A stretch of DNA of 64,000 bases from the NCBI GenBank assembly GCA_934481515.1, contig CAKSPO010000006.1:134-64133 (forward strand), read 5' to 3'. Position 1 is the first letter of the stretch. Each line of letters opens with the position of its first letter. A model generated the notes under the pieces. The model had not been told where the DNA came from and did not search any database. It saw only the letters and a list, made by a program, of their open reading frames with translations. The position numbers were made by a program, and so were the translations under genes. The DNA comes from an uncultured Eubacteriales bacterium. GTDB lineage: Bacteria; Bacillota; Clostridia; Oscillospirales; CAG-272. Positions 36,332 through 45,659 of this stretch are shown one piece after another.

Positions 36332-36697
36332 ATGAGACCGGAAAACAAAAAAACAGCCATCCGGCTCCTGCTCAACACCGTCGTTCTGATGGCATTGTAC
36401 TTTACGGCGGCATATCTGGAATTCCGCCCCATTCTGTGGATTTATATCGGTGCCGGAGCGGCGCTCGGTATTTTCTACGTGATCTATAACCGGGGCTTCG
36501 TCGGCAAAAACGCAACGCCGGATATGCTCTCCGACACACTCACTGCGGCGGAAAAGGAGGAATACCTTGCCGACTGCCACAGGAGAATGGAAAAATCAAA
36601 ATGGGTTCTGACCATTCTGATTCCCATTCTGCTGACCATTTGTGCCGATGTCATCTATCTTTTCATTTTTCCGAAAATCGAGGCGCTCTTCCGATGA
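36332..36697 (+). CDS. Small integral membrane protein (121 aa), unknown function
   Basis: The in-frame ATG at 36332 lies just after the kinase stop. Three hydrophobic helices. ATGA overlap with the next gene. Confidence 0.55.
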   Translation: MRPENKKTAIRLLLNTVVLMALYFTAAYLEFRPILWIYIGAGAALGIFYVIYNRGFVGKNATPDMLSDTLTAAEKEEYLADCHRRMEKSKWVLTILIPILLTICADVIYLFIFPKIEALFR

Positions 36698-37494
36698 TTC
36701 CATCCCAGCTTCATATCTATTCCCTGTACTCCGGTTCCACCGGAAACTCCTTTCTCTTCTCCCTGCCGCAGGGCGCGGTCCTGATTGACGCGGGGAAAAA
36801 TGCAAAGGCGCTTTGCACCGCATTGCGGGAGACCGGCGTGGAGCCGGAGGATATCCGCGCAATTTTTGTCACACACGAGCACCGCGACCATATCAGCGCG
36901 CTCCCGGTGTTTCTGAAAAAGCATCCGGTTCCGGTTCATCTTCCGGCGGCGTGTGCCTACCGGCTTGCCGATCAGCCCGCGGCAGAAGCGTGTCTCTGCC
37001 AACATCCGCCGATCTATACGGAAACGGTCTGCGGAATGCGCTTCACCTCCTTCCCCACCCCACACGACAGCCACGGTTCCGTCGGCTACCGGATCGAGAT
37101 TCCGGACGATTCCGGGGACGGTTCGGTGTTTCGCATCGGCTACGCAACCGATATCGGGTACGTCTCCAGAGCGGTGGAAGAAGCTTTGGAGGGATGCGAT
37201 GCGGTCATTCTGGAAAGCAATCACGATCCGGAGCTTCTGTGGTCCGGCTCCTATCCGGAAGAACTGAAAGCAAGAATTTTTTCCCGCCGCGGACACCTGT
37301 CCAATCCGGACAGTGCGGCGTTTGCCGCACATCTGTGCGAAACGGGAACCCATGCTCTGATGCTGGCACACCTCAGTCAGGAAAACAACCGCCCGGAGAT
37401 TGCCTATGAAGCCTGCCTTGCTTCCGTCGGAAGCGACCGGGTGCGGATCTCGGTGGCACAGCCGGACGAGGTCACGGAAATGCGTCTGATCTGA
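36694..37494 (+). CDS. MBL-fold metallo-hydrolase (YycJ/WalJ-like)
   Basis: LYSGSTGNSFLF...VLIDAG, THEHRDH zinc motif, HDSHGSVGY, ESNHD. Confidence 0.85.
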   Translation: MIPSQLHIYSLYSGSTGNSFLFSLPQGAVLIDAGKNAKALCTALRETGVEPEDIRAIFVTHEHRDHISALPVFLKKHPVPVHLPAACAYRLADQPAAEACLCQHPPIYTETVCGMRFTSFPTPHDSHGSVGYRIEIPDDSGDGSVFRIGYATDIGYVSRAVEEALEGCDAVILESNHDPELLWSGSYPEELKARIFSRRGHLSNPDSAAFAAHLCETGTHALMLAHLSQENNRPEIAYEACLASVGSDRVRISVAQPDEVTEMRLI

Positions 37495-37621
37495 CCCGAA
37501 AGCATTACAAGCCGCGGAACAGAGGGCGGAAACGCTCCCCTTCAGTCCGACAGAACCGGAGGTTTCTCCGTCGCAAAACAGACCGGAAAACCCAAAGAAA
37601 GGAGACTTCCGCGCGAAGGTC

Positions 37622-38113
37622 ATGGCAACAGATATGGTTCAGATCACCGTTATCACCGTGGGAACGCTGAAGGAATCCTATTGGCGGGAGGCGCTCGCGG
37701 AATACGAAAAACGGCTGGGCGCCTTCTGCCGGCTGGAAATCGTACAATTGAAAGAAGCACGACTTGGAGAGACCCCCTCCGCGCAGGAAATCCGCACTTC
37801 CCTTTCCGAGGAAGGAAAGCGGATTCTTGCCGCCGTTCCGCCCCGCGCCGCAAAAATTGCCCTGTGCGTGGAGGGAAAGCAGTTTTCCTCCGAGGGACTG
37901 GCAAAAAAGCTGGACGGCTTCCTCTCGGAGAACGGAAATCTCTGCTTTATCATCGGTTCCTCCTTCGGAATTGCCCCCGAGGTCAAGGAGGTGTGTGATC
38001 TGAAGCTTTCCGTGTCCGAGCTGACCTTCCCCCACCAGATGATGCGCGTTCTGCTTCTGGAGGTACTCTATCGCTGTTTTGGCATCCTCCGGGGAACCAA
38101 ATACCATAAATAG
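37622..38113 (+). CDS. rlmH: 23S rRNA (pseudouridine1915-N3)-methyltransferase RlmH
   Basis: ITVITVGTLKESYWREALAEYEKRL, FIIGSSFGI, LSVSELTFPHQMMRVLLLEVLYR. The start may instead be the ATG at 37634. Confidence 0.9.
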   Translation: MATDMVQITVITVGTLKESYWREALAEYEKRLGAFCRLEIVQLKEARLGETPSAQEIRTSLSEEGKRILAAVPPRAAKIALCVEGKQFSSEGLAKKLDGFLSENGNLCFIIGSSFGIAPEVKEVCDLKLSVSELTFPHQMMRVLLLEVLYRCFGILRGTKYHK

Positions 38114-38155
38114 GACAGAAAAAAGCGGATGCCGCCAAAAAATTTTGGAATTCTC

Positions 38156-38185
38156 TTGCAAGAAGGCTCCCGTTTGTGTTATACT
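38156..38185 (+). promoter_or_regulatory. Sigma-70 promoter for prfB
   Basis: TTGCAA, 18 nt, TATACT. Confidence 0.5.
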
Positions 38186-38249
38186 ATTCTTATCCGAAAC
38201 ATATTACGCAGGAAAGACCGCACCCGGCGGGTGCGTGGAGGTACCTCTT

Positions 38250-39374
38250 TTGATTGTCGCCTTAGAAGATGCAAAAAGCAAACTGATCGGAATGCGCGAA
38301 GGAGTCCGGGATCTCGGCTCCGCTTTGCGCATTGAGGAAACCAAAGAACGACTGAAGGATCTGGAGGCGCAGACACAGTCTCCGGATTTTTGGAACAGCG
38401 CCGAAAAATCCAGTAAGGTTCTGCAGGTCATCAAGCAGTCGCAGGATAAAGTTGCGGGTTACGAGCACCTGTGCGCCCGACTGGAGGATGCCATCGCGCT
38501 GGCGGAAATGGCAATTGAGGAAAATGACGAATCCTCCGTGGAGGAGGTTCAGAACGAGCTTGCCGCCATCGCGGCGGAGGAAGAGCATAAGCGGATTGAG
38601 GTGCTCCTCTCCGGAGAGTATGACAAGAACAATGCCATCGTTTCCTTCCATCCCGGCGCCGGCGGAACCGAGGCGCAGGACTGGGCGCAGATGCTCTACC
38701 GTATGATTACGCGCTGGGCGGAAAAAAGCGGATTTCAGGTCAAGCTGACCGACTGGCTGGACGGCGACGGCGCCGGTATCAAGAGCGCCACCATCATGGT
38801 CATCGGTCTGAACGCTTACGGATACCTCAAGAGCGAGAACGGCGTGCACCGCCTGGTTCGCGTCTCTCCGTTTGATGCCAACGGCAGACGGCAGACATCG
38901 TTTGCTTCCATCGAAGTTATGCCGGAGTTCGAGGACGTGGATAAAGTGGTCATCCGCGACGAGGACATCGAGGTAACGGCACACCGCTCCAGCGGTGCCG
39001 GCGGTCAGCATATCAACAAGACCGACTCCGCCATCCGGATCGTCCACAAGCCGACCGGAATCGTAGTGGGATGCCAGACCGAGCGTTCCCAGCTCCAGAA
39101 CAAGGAAACAGCGCTCCATATGCTGAAGGCAAAACTGATGGAAATCAAGCTGCAGGAGCGTCTGGATACAATCGAGGACATTCAGGGCAACAAAGCCAAC
39201 ATTGAATGGGGATCCCAAATCCGCTCCTATGTTTTCATGCCCTATACGCTCGTCACCGATAAGCGCACCGGTTATGAAACCGGCAACATTCAGGCGGTCA
39301 TGGACGGAGACCTGGATGGATTTATCAACGCATACCTGAAAATGACAGCAGGAAACGGTACCGAAAAGGCATAA
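38250..39374 (+). CDS. prfB: Peptide chain release factor 2, single frame with no programmed frameshift
   Basis: TTG start 8 nt after GGAGG. SPF (RVSPFD) and GGQ (SGAGGQHINK) motifs. The N-terminal 26 aa and RIEETKERLKDLE lie in the same frame. Confidence 0.9.
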   Translation: MIVALEDAKSKLIGMREGVRDLGSALRIEETKERLKDLEAQTQSPDFWNSAEKSSKVLQVIKQSQDKVAGYEHLCARLEDAIALAEMAIEENDESSVEEVQNELAAIAAEEEHKRIEVLLSGEYDKNNAIVSFHPGAGGTEAQDWAQMLYRMITRWAEKSGFQVKLTDWLDGDGAGIKSATIMVIGLNAYGYLKSENGVHRLVRVSPFDANGRRQTSFASIEVMPEFEDVDKVVIRDEDIEVTAHRSSGAGGQHINKTDSAIRIVHKPTGIVVGCQTERSQLQNKETALHMLKAKLMEIKLQERLDTIEDIQGNKANIEWGSQIRSYVFMPYTLVTDKRTGYETGNIQAVMDGDLDGFINAYLKMTAGNGTEKA

Positions 39375-39417
39375 GCGTTCCGCTGCCCAAAATAAAGCAA
39401 AGAAAGGAATTCTTCCC

Positions 39418-39768
39418 ATGCGAAACCGCAAACTACTCATCACCCTTGCAGGTGCGATCACGCTCGGCATCTCTGCTGTCACGCTCGTCGACTACTCCGT
39501 CCGGAAGACACGGGATAAAAAGGTCTCCGCCGCAAAACTGGCGCTGGGACTTTTCGGGATCGCCGCCGGAACCATGACGGTCGTATATCCGCAAAAATTC
39601 CTGCTTGATGGTCTGGAAGTCAGGGACGTGCTGGACGAGGACGATGTTTCCCTGATGGATCAGAACATTTCCGAGGTGCTCGGAAATACCGCCGACCGCG
39701 GAAACGCCCCGCAACAGCTCCGCAAAATCGAGGTGGACGAGGAAACCTCCATCGACGATTTTATCTGA
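39418..39768 (+). CDS. Hypothetical small membrane protein with an acidic tail
   Basis: Two hydrophobic helices (LLITLAGAITLGISAV, LALGLFGIAAGTMTVV) and a D/E-rich C-terminus. Confidence 0.55.
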   Translation: MRNRKLLITLAGAITLGISAVTLVDYSVRKTRDKKVSAAKLALGLFGIAAGTMTVVYPQKFLLDGLEVRDVLDEDDVSLMDQNISEVLGNTADRGNAPQQLRKIEVDEETSIDDFI

Positions 39769-39780
39769 AAAACAAAAAGC

Positions 39781-39820
39781 CATGCGCCCCGGAACGAATG
39801 CATTCGTTCCGGGGCGCATG
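39781..39820. terminator. Perfect 40-nt palindrome, bidirectional terminator
   Basis: catgcgccccggaacgaatg / cattcgttccggggcgcatg. An A-rich left flank gives a T-run on the reverse strand. Confidence 0.75.
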
Positions 39821-39868
39821 TTCTATTACCGACAGGCAAGCGGAAAGCCTTTGCGGTACCGTGTTTCG

Positions 39869-41845
39869 TCATTCTCCGGTTTCAGACGGTTCGTTGACGG
39901 GAAGCGCCGCCCGCGGAAAGTAGGTCAGGCGCAGATTGGTGCAGCCGTATGGTACCAGCGTAATCTCGCGCTGTTCGGCAACCGGCTGGCGGTCTCCGAA
40001 CGGTTCAAAGGTTTTTTCCGGGTAGTTGGCGCACAGATACGGCGCACGGTACGCCGGAAGACACAGCTTTACCGGCGGATTCTCCCACGGATATCCGGAA
40101 ATGCCGCATTCCTCTACCGTCACATCTTCCGGTTTTATCCGCTCATCCACCGCCACGTTGTATTCCGTGCGGAACCGTTTCCTTGCCATCTGCTGGTTGG
40201 GATCTCCGACATTGGGATCCTGATAATCCGGAACAACCTCGTACCAGCTCCATCCATCCGGCAAAGGCGTCCGCGGACTTCCTTCATAGGGCTTCCATTT
40301 TTCGGAGATCGGCATGGCATAGACCAAAGGACCGCGGCGGAATGCGATCGGGTGCTTCCCGGCAGCGGCACTGTCGTCAATCGAAAGCACCTCCGTCTCC
40401 ATCCGGAAGCGAATGCATACAAGGTCACCCGGATGCCACCGGCGGCGGATTTCCGCATATCCGCTCCCTCCGAGGTCAACGGAAACGTTCTCTCCGTTCA
40501 CCGTCACGGTATAGTTTCGGCACCACTCCGGAATCCGGAAGAACAGTGAAAATTCCGCCTCCGCATCCACCGCAATCTCTACGGTGTCGCGGAACGGATA
40601 AAGGGTCTTTTCTTCGATCCGGATGCCCTTCCAGGACAGCTTGCAGGGTCCGTAAGCCGTCAGATAAATATTTCCCTTTTCATCATGCAGCATCATACCG
40701 CGGACAAATTCCGGAAGCAGGGTAACGGCATTGACCGGACAGCAAGCAACCGGGTAGCATGGCGCATAAACCTGCATATCGTGCACGTCGGAGGAATGCC
40801 GCGTGGCAAAAAACTGGTTGGGTGCACTCAGATACGCAATGGCTCTTTCGTCCTTCTTTCTCGCTCCCTGTGCGCCGTTATAGAAGATTTGCTCCATCCG
40901 ATCGCCGTATTCTGCCTTTCCCGTAATCGCGCTCAGCCAGGAGTAGGTCTGGTTGTAAAACGCATAGGAACAGTATTCCGTTTCGGTGGTCGAGCCGACC
41001 GGAGCCAGATATTCGCAGACCGAAACCGGAGAGCCGGTGATGTGCATGGCGCTCTCCTTCAGTTCCGAAAGGAGTTTTTCGGTCGCGCGGAGCAATTCCT
41101 TCCTGCCGGTGGAAGCATACAGCAAAGCCGGCATCCGGCAGGTGATGCCAAGCCCTGCCGTGTGATTGGAATTGTATTGAAGGCGGCGGGTCAGAAAGCT
41201 CCTGGAACTCCAGAGGAACGGATCATTTTCACAAAGAAAACGGTCGTAGTCCTCGGCAAAGCGGAGCAATTCCTCATCTCCCGTCTGCCGGTAACACGCA
41301 AGCATCGGCTCCATGATAAAGGTTCCGGCATAGACCGTCTTTTTGTCGCCCGCCCAATTGCGGGTAAACCATTTCATACAGCGGTAGACCGCATCAAACA
41401 CGTCCTCCCTGCCGGTCGCCTCCCAGAAAGCCAACAGCCCCCGCATTCCGCAGGCAGTTCCCCAACCGTTAAAATCCTGATAAATGTTAGAGTCCGGACG
41501 GCAGTAAACACCGAGATACCCGTCCGGCATCTGAATTTTCAGCACACGATCCACCCAGTCACTCACGCGCGCAATCAGCGCTTCATCCGGCATGGTGAAC
41601 GCCATCTGAATCAGCCCCGTCCAGTAGTTCCCGGCAATTTCCGCCGCCCAGCCGTCACGGTTCCCGCCGGTGAACACGGAATCAAATTCCCGCTCCACAT
41701 AGGGTTTTCCGAGCATGACCGGCTCCAACTCTACCATTTTTCCGCCCATTCCCTCGCTGTTCCGGCGCATCTGCTCCTTCAGAAAGCCTTCTGCCGTCAA
41801 CGCCCCGAGGGGAAAGCGCGACAATACGGAATAATTCTTTTGCAT
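39869..41845 (-). CDS. GH127 beta-L-arabinofuranosidase family (DUF1680)
   Basis: Start at MQKNYSV follows AGGAGG. ETEYCSYAF and YPVACCPVNA match the Glu/Cys and CC zinc-site motifs of GH127. Confidence 0.8.
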   Translation of the reverse strand: MQKNYSVLSRFPLGALTAEGFLKEQMRRNSEGMGGKMVELEPVMLGKPYVEREFDSVFTGGNRDGWAAEIAGNYWTGLIQMAFTMPDEALIARVSDWVDRVLKIQMPDGYLGVYCRPDSNIYQDFNGWGTACGMRGLLAFWEATGREDVFDAVYRCMKWFTRNWAGDKKTVYAGTFIMEPMLACYRQTGDEELLRFAEDYDRFLCENDPFLWSSRSFLTRRLQYNSNHTAGLGITCRMPALLYASTGRKELLRATEKLLSELKESAMHITGSPVSVCEYLAPVGSTTETEYCSYAFYNQTYSWLSAITGKAEYGDRMEQIFYNGAQGARKKDERAIAYLSAPNQFFATRHSSDVHDMQVYAPCYPVACCPVNAVTLLPEFVRGMMLHDEKGNIYLTAYGPCKLSWKGIRIEEKTLYPFRDTVEIAVDAEAEFSLFFRIPEWCRNYTVTVNGENVSVDLGGSGYAEIRRRWHPGDLVCIRFRMETEVLSIDDSAAAGKHPIAFRRGPLVYAMPISEKWKPYEGSPRTPLPDGWSWYEVVPDYQDPNVGDPNQQMARKRFRTEYNVAVDERIKPEDVTVEECGISGYPWENPPVKLCLPAYRAPYLCANYPEKTFEPFGDRQPVAEQREITLVPYGCTNLRLTYFPRAALPVNEPSETGE

Positions 41846-42048
41846 GGTCTCCTCCTTGCCTGTAGCTCCGGAAGCTCCGGAACAATATTCTTCTGACACA
41901 TCCACAGTGTACCGCCGGAGAATTCTTTTGTCAATGTCCATTCCGCAAAAGATGGACAATTCTCATATAAAAAGACGGATTTTTTTCACCGAACATTGCA
42001 ATTCTACGCAGAATGTGTTACACTGTTTTCTGAAAAGAGGTGAAGCGG

Positions 42049-43041
42049 ATGCAATTCTATGAAATCGAAATGCTGGAAATCCCGAAACTTTTGTTCGCCT
42101 GTACCGTGGAGCTGGAACACTACCGGGGAAGCTTTCACAATAAGCCGCGCTTTCTGGAAATTCTGTTGGTCGAACATCCGGAGCATGACTCGAACTACCA
42201 GCAAGAAGACCCCCCCGCCATCGGGAGACAAAGCCCGGACGCGCACCGCATATCCCCGACAATCGGGAGCGGCAACATGCCGCCGTATGGGAGCATGCTG
42301 TACCGCCGAGGGGACGGAAAGAAGCTTGTCGTACCTCCGGGAATGCTGATGGTCACCACAAAGGAAACCTGGTGCGACACGTCGGCGCCTCCGGGACAGC
42401 ACCAAAGACATACCACGGTCGGAGTGGAGATGGAATACCGTTGCCGCCTGCATGAAAGCATCACAGCAGCGGAAAAGGAACAGCTGCTGAAGCGGATGCG
42501 AACCACACCCGGCATTTTTCTGATTCCTCAGCAGGAACTTATGGCGGAAAGCGCCGCAACCGTCCGGAACGCCATCGGGGAAATCGGAGCACGCAACGCA
42601 TCCCCGTCGCCCGCAGACCGCATTCGGGCACTGGCTGCATACCATTCCTTCGCGGCAAAACTGACCGAACTGGTTCTGCAGCGGCTCGACAGTGAAGCTC
42701 TTCCTCCGGCGGCACACCGGTATGCCCGCGCGGCAAAAGCCTACATCCACACCCGCTACCGGGAGAAAATCCGCGTGGGAGAAATCGCAGACGAGCTTGG
42801 AATCTCGGAAGGGTATCTGCACAGCATTTTCCGGGCGGCAACCGGCTACAGCGTTCTGGAATACTGCAACCGCTACCGTGTGGAAACGGCAATCCAATAC
42901 CTGAAAGGGCGCAATATGACTTTGAGAGAAATCGCCCTACAGGTCGGCTTGGAAGATCCGTATTATCTGAGCCGGCTGTTCAAAAAGGTCACAGGACTAT
43001 CCCCGAAGGAATACCGGAAACAGAAAGCAGACCTCCGCTGA
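42049..43041 (+). CDS. AraC-family transcriptional regulator
   Basis: C-terminal double HTH: IRVGEIADELGISEGYLHSIFRAATG...LREIALQVGLEDPYYLSRLFKKVTGLSPKEYR. Divergent from the GH127 gene. Confidence 0.9.
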   Translation: MQFYEIEMLEIPKLLFACTVELEHYRGSFHNKPRFLEILLVEHPEHDSNYQQEDPPAIGRQSPDAHRISPTIGSGNMPPYGSMLYRRGDGKKLVVPPGMLMVTTKETWCDTSAPPGQHQRHTTVGVEMEYRCRLHESITAAEKEQLLKRMRTTPGIFLIPQQELMAESAATVRNAIGEIGARNASPSPADRIRALAAYHSFAAKLTELVLQRLDSEALPPAAHRYARAAKAYIHTRYREKIRVGEIADELGISEGYLHSIFRAATGYSVLEYCNRYRVETAIQYLKGRNMTLREIALQVGLEDPYYLSRLFKKVTGLSPKEYRKQKADLR

Positions 43042-43266
43042 TGTGTTGAATTTTTCCGGCAACCCCGGAAACTGCCATCTGTTCCCGACCGGTGATCGTT
43101 ATACCGCGCTTCCTTTTCCCGGCCGGTAGTTCGACGAAAAGAAAAAGTACCGAAAATGCAATTTCCCGCATTCCGACAATCTGTCAGAGCCGGAAGACGG
43201 GATTCTGCATTCTTGGAGAGATCTTTTCAGACAAAACACCGCCGTTTTGCCGTCATTTCCAATATC

Positions 43267-43311
43267 AAAGGCGGTGTGAAAAAACGCGAAATGAGTTTTT
43301 TCACACCGCCT
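43267..43311. repeat. Palindromic repeat element, copy C (inverted orientation, perfect 17-bp stem)
   Basis: aaaggcggtgtgaaaaaacgcgaaatgagttttttcacaccgcct lies between convergent genes. Confidence 0.85.
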
Positions 43312-43399
43312 GTTTTGTATTTTTGAACCGTCCTGCCTTCTGTACGCAAAGGACGGTTCTGCCGCACCGGTTGGGTCTGCAACCCTATCCGGGTCGGTT

Positions 43400-45604
43400 T
43401 CAGATGGTAAAGCGGTTGACGCCCGCAGAAAGCGTCCTGTATTCGCCGGCGTAACGGAAGCTTGCGGAAACTCCTTCCGGAACCTCCACGGTGAAATGCA
43501 CCCCGCTCTCCGTTTTTTCGTAGGACACAAAGACGCGCCCTGCCGGGATTTTCCGGCTTCCGCAAGCCCGGGTGAGCACGGTATTTTCTGCCGGCGCAAT
43601 GAGAAGCCCCCGGTATCCCCCATCGCCCGCGTCCCGGATTCCGAGCACGAAGTCAAAGAGAGACGCCACCGCCGCGCCGAACATCGGGTGATTGTGGGAA
43701 CGCTCCTGTCCGGTGTGCGGCCAATACTCCCAAAGCGTAGTCGCCCCGCCGCGCCGCATTCCTTCAAAGGAGGCTGGCTCCTGTGAGCTCAACAGGCGCA
43801 GTGCCAGATCCGCATTTCCGTGCGTGAACAGCACGCGGGTCAGAATCTCCGTCCCGAAAATACCGGTGTCCAATTTCCCGAGCGTTTCATATCGCCGGAG
43901 CATTGCCGGGTAGGTCTTTTCATCCCCCAGACCGATGTCAACGGCAAAAGCGTCCGCCCCCTGTACACCGCCGAGAAAGCTGTGGGAAAACAGGTCGAAA
44001 TAAACCGCTGTCATGGCATCCTTGCGGCTCCGGATCGCGTCCTCCAGGCGGGACAGATCCTCCGTCTTTCCGAGGAGCTTTGCAATCTTTTGAACCGTTT
44101 GCAGGCTTTTGATATAGAAGTAGGTATTGACAAAGGAGGGCGGCAGGATCAGCGGATCCGGCGTGCACCAGTCACCAAGGCACCAGCATCCCGCCTGATC
44201 GCTGGTCACCAGTTCTCCCGTCGAGTGCGCGTCCAGATAGTCAAAATACCGGAGCATCTGCGGATAAAGCCGCTTCATCGGTTCCGCGTCTCCGGAATGC
44301 AGATAATACCGGTAGGGAACCTCCACAATGGCGCATCCCCATCCTCCGGGTCCGCCGCCGCAACGGATATAGGGTGCCGTGTACTGCACGTGTCCGGTCA
44401 GCACATCCTGACAGTCGGCAATGTCATCGATCCACTTGCGGTAAAAGGAACCCGCGTCCAGCACCGTCATGGCGGCGTGGCAGGCAAGCTCCCCGTCCCC
44501 CGTATAGCCGCACCGCTCAATGTGCGGGCAGTCGGAAGGAATCCCCGCGTGCATATTGAACAATTGGGTATCCGTAAAGGTTTTTGCAAGCCAGTTCAAC
44601 GTCTCGTTGTTGCAGGAGAAGGTCCCCGTCACGGGAACGTCCGCATGCACCACGCAAACATGGATCGGTTCCGCCATCCCACGGACGCGGAAGTAGCGAT
44701 AGCCGTACCACAGAAACTGCGGCTCCACTGTCCGCTCCTTTCCGTCGGAAATCACCGAAAAGAACTGTCTGTGACAGAACGCTTCGTCAAGATCTCCGTC
44801 AGGAGTCAGCTCCTCCGAGAAATCTACGCGAATCTCTTTCCCCTCCGGTGCAGTCACACGCAAAACCGGGTAGGAGGAAGCATTGACTCCGCAATCGTAA
44901 ATATCCGCCCCGTTGATGTTCCCGACCCACCGCGGAAGGATGGTGTCCGTCACCCGATCTGCCGGGCAGTCGGAAAAGAGGTATTCCGTTTTTGCCAGCG
45001 GCTTTGCAAGCTGACAATGCGGAAGGAGACGGTCGTCATAGTCCCTGCCGAATGCGCAATCGTCAAAGCCGCGGAAATCCTGCGCTTCAAAGGTCGTCAG
45101 GTGGTAGGTTTTTACGAAGCTTTCCGCAAAGACATCCGCTTCGGAGGAAACAAACTCACGGGCACAATCCCCCTCCTGCACGGAAATCCGGTAGATGGCT
45201 TTGGGATCACCGAATCTGCCGATACCGGAGGAATACCATCCGCCGCCGAAATGAATCGCAATCGTGTTTTCCCCTTCCGAAAGCAACGGCGTAATGTCAA
45301 AATGCGGGACGTAAGCGCGATGCCCGGTCAGCACTTCCCCGACCGGATATGCCTGCCGCGGTTCAAAATCGGAAAACAGCGGGAGGAATTTCTGCTCCGT
45401 CACTTCTTTCCCGTTGATATACACATGAAAGAACCCAAGTCCCAGAACAAACAATTCGGCAGAAGCGGGCAGATGCACCGAAAACGTTCCCCGCAGAATT
45501 GGGAAATGCGGCGATCCGGCGGGTGCCGGATCCTTGGGAAGTATTCCCGTACCGCAACCGGCACAAACCCATTTTGCCGCTCCGAAAACTTCCGTTTGCT
45601 CCAT
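43400..45604 (-). CDS. GH78 alpha-L-rhamnosidase family protein
   Basis: The ATG at 45604 lies 6 nt after GGAAGGA. Rhamnosidase N-domain pattern (FVLGLGFFHVYINGKEV). Catalytic-domain motif SDCPHIERCGYTGDG. Confidence 0.8.
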   Translation of the reverse strand: MEQTEVFGAAKWVCAGCGTGILPKDPAPAGSPHFPILRGTFSVHLPASAELFVLGLGFFHVYINGKEVTEQKFLPLFSDFEPRQAYPVGEVLTGHRAYVPHFDITPLLSEGENTIAIHFGGGWYSSGIGRFGDPKAIYRISVQEGDCAREFVSSEADVFAESFVKTYHLTTFEAQDFRGFDDCAFGRDYDDRLLPHCQLAKPLAKTEYLFSDCPADRVTDTILPRWVGNINGADIYDCGVNASSYPVLRVTAPEGKEIRVDFSEELTPDGDLDEAFCHRQFFSVISDGKERTVEPQFLWYGYRYFRVRGMAEPIHVCVVHADVPVTGTFSCNNETLNWLAKTFTDTQLFNMHAGIPSDCPHIERCGYTGDGELACHAAMTVLDAGSFYRKWIDDIADCQDVLTGHVQYTAPYIRCGGGPGGWGCAIVEVPYRYYLHSGDAEPMKRLYPQMLRYFDYLDAHSTGELVTSDQAGCWCLGDWCTPDPLILPPSFVNTYFYIKSLQTVQKIAKLLGKTEDLSRLEDAIRSRKDAMTAVYFDLFSHSFLGGVQGADAFAVDIGLGDEKTYPAMLRRYETLGKLDTGIFGTEILTRVLFTHGNADLALRLLSSQEPASFEGMRRGGATTLWEYWPHTGQERSHNHPMFGAAVASLFDFVLGIRDAGDGGYRGLLIAPAENTVLTRACGSRKIPAGRVFVSYEKTESGVHFTVEVPEGVSASFRYAGEYRTLSAGVNRFTI

Positions 45605-45659
45605 CGTCAATCCTTCCCAGAATATAGAATAATTCTTAATCTTGTTTTAATTATATCTT

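Noticed and set aside
38236-38256. Possible programmed +1 frameshift site in prfB (GGAGG ... CTC TTT TGA)
   Set aside because: The TGA lies in the frame one nucleotide 3' of the prfB reading frame, so a +1 slip from it would not land in the prfB frame. That frame has no sensible initiator or RF2-like N-terminal peptide upstream. The complete RF2 N-terminus is already encoded in frame from the TTG at 38250.
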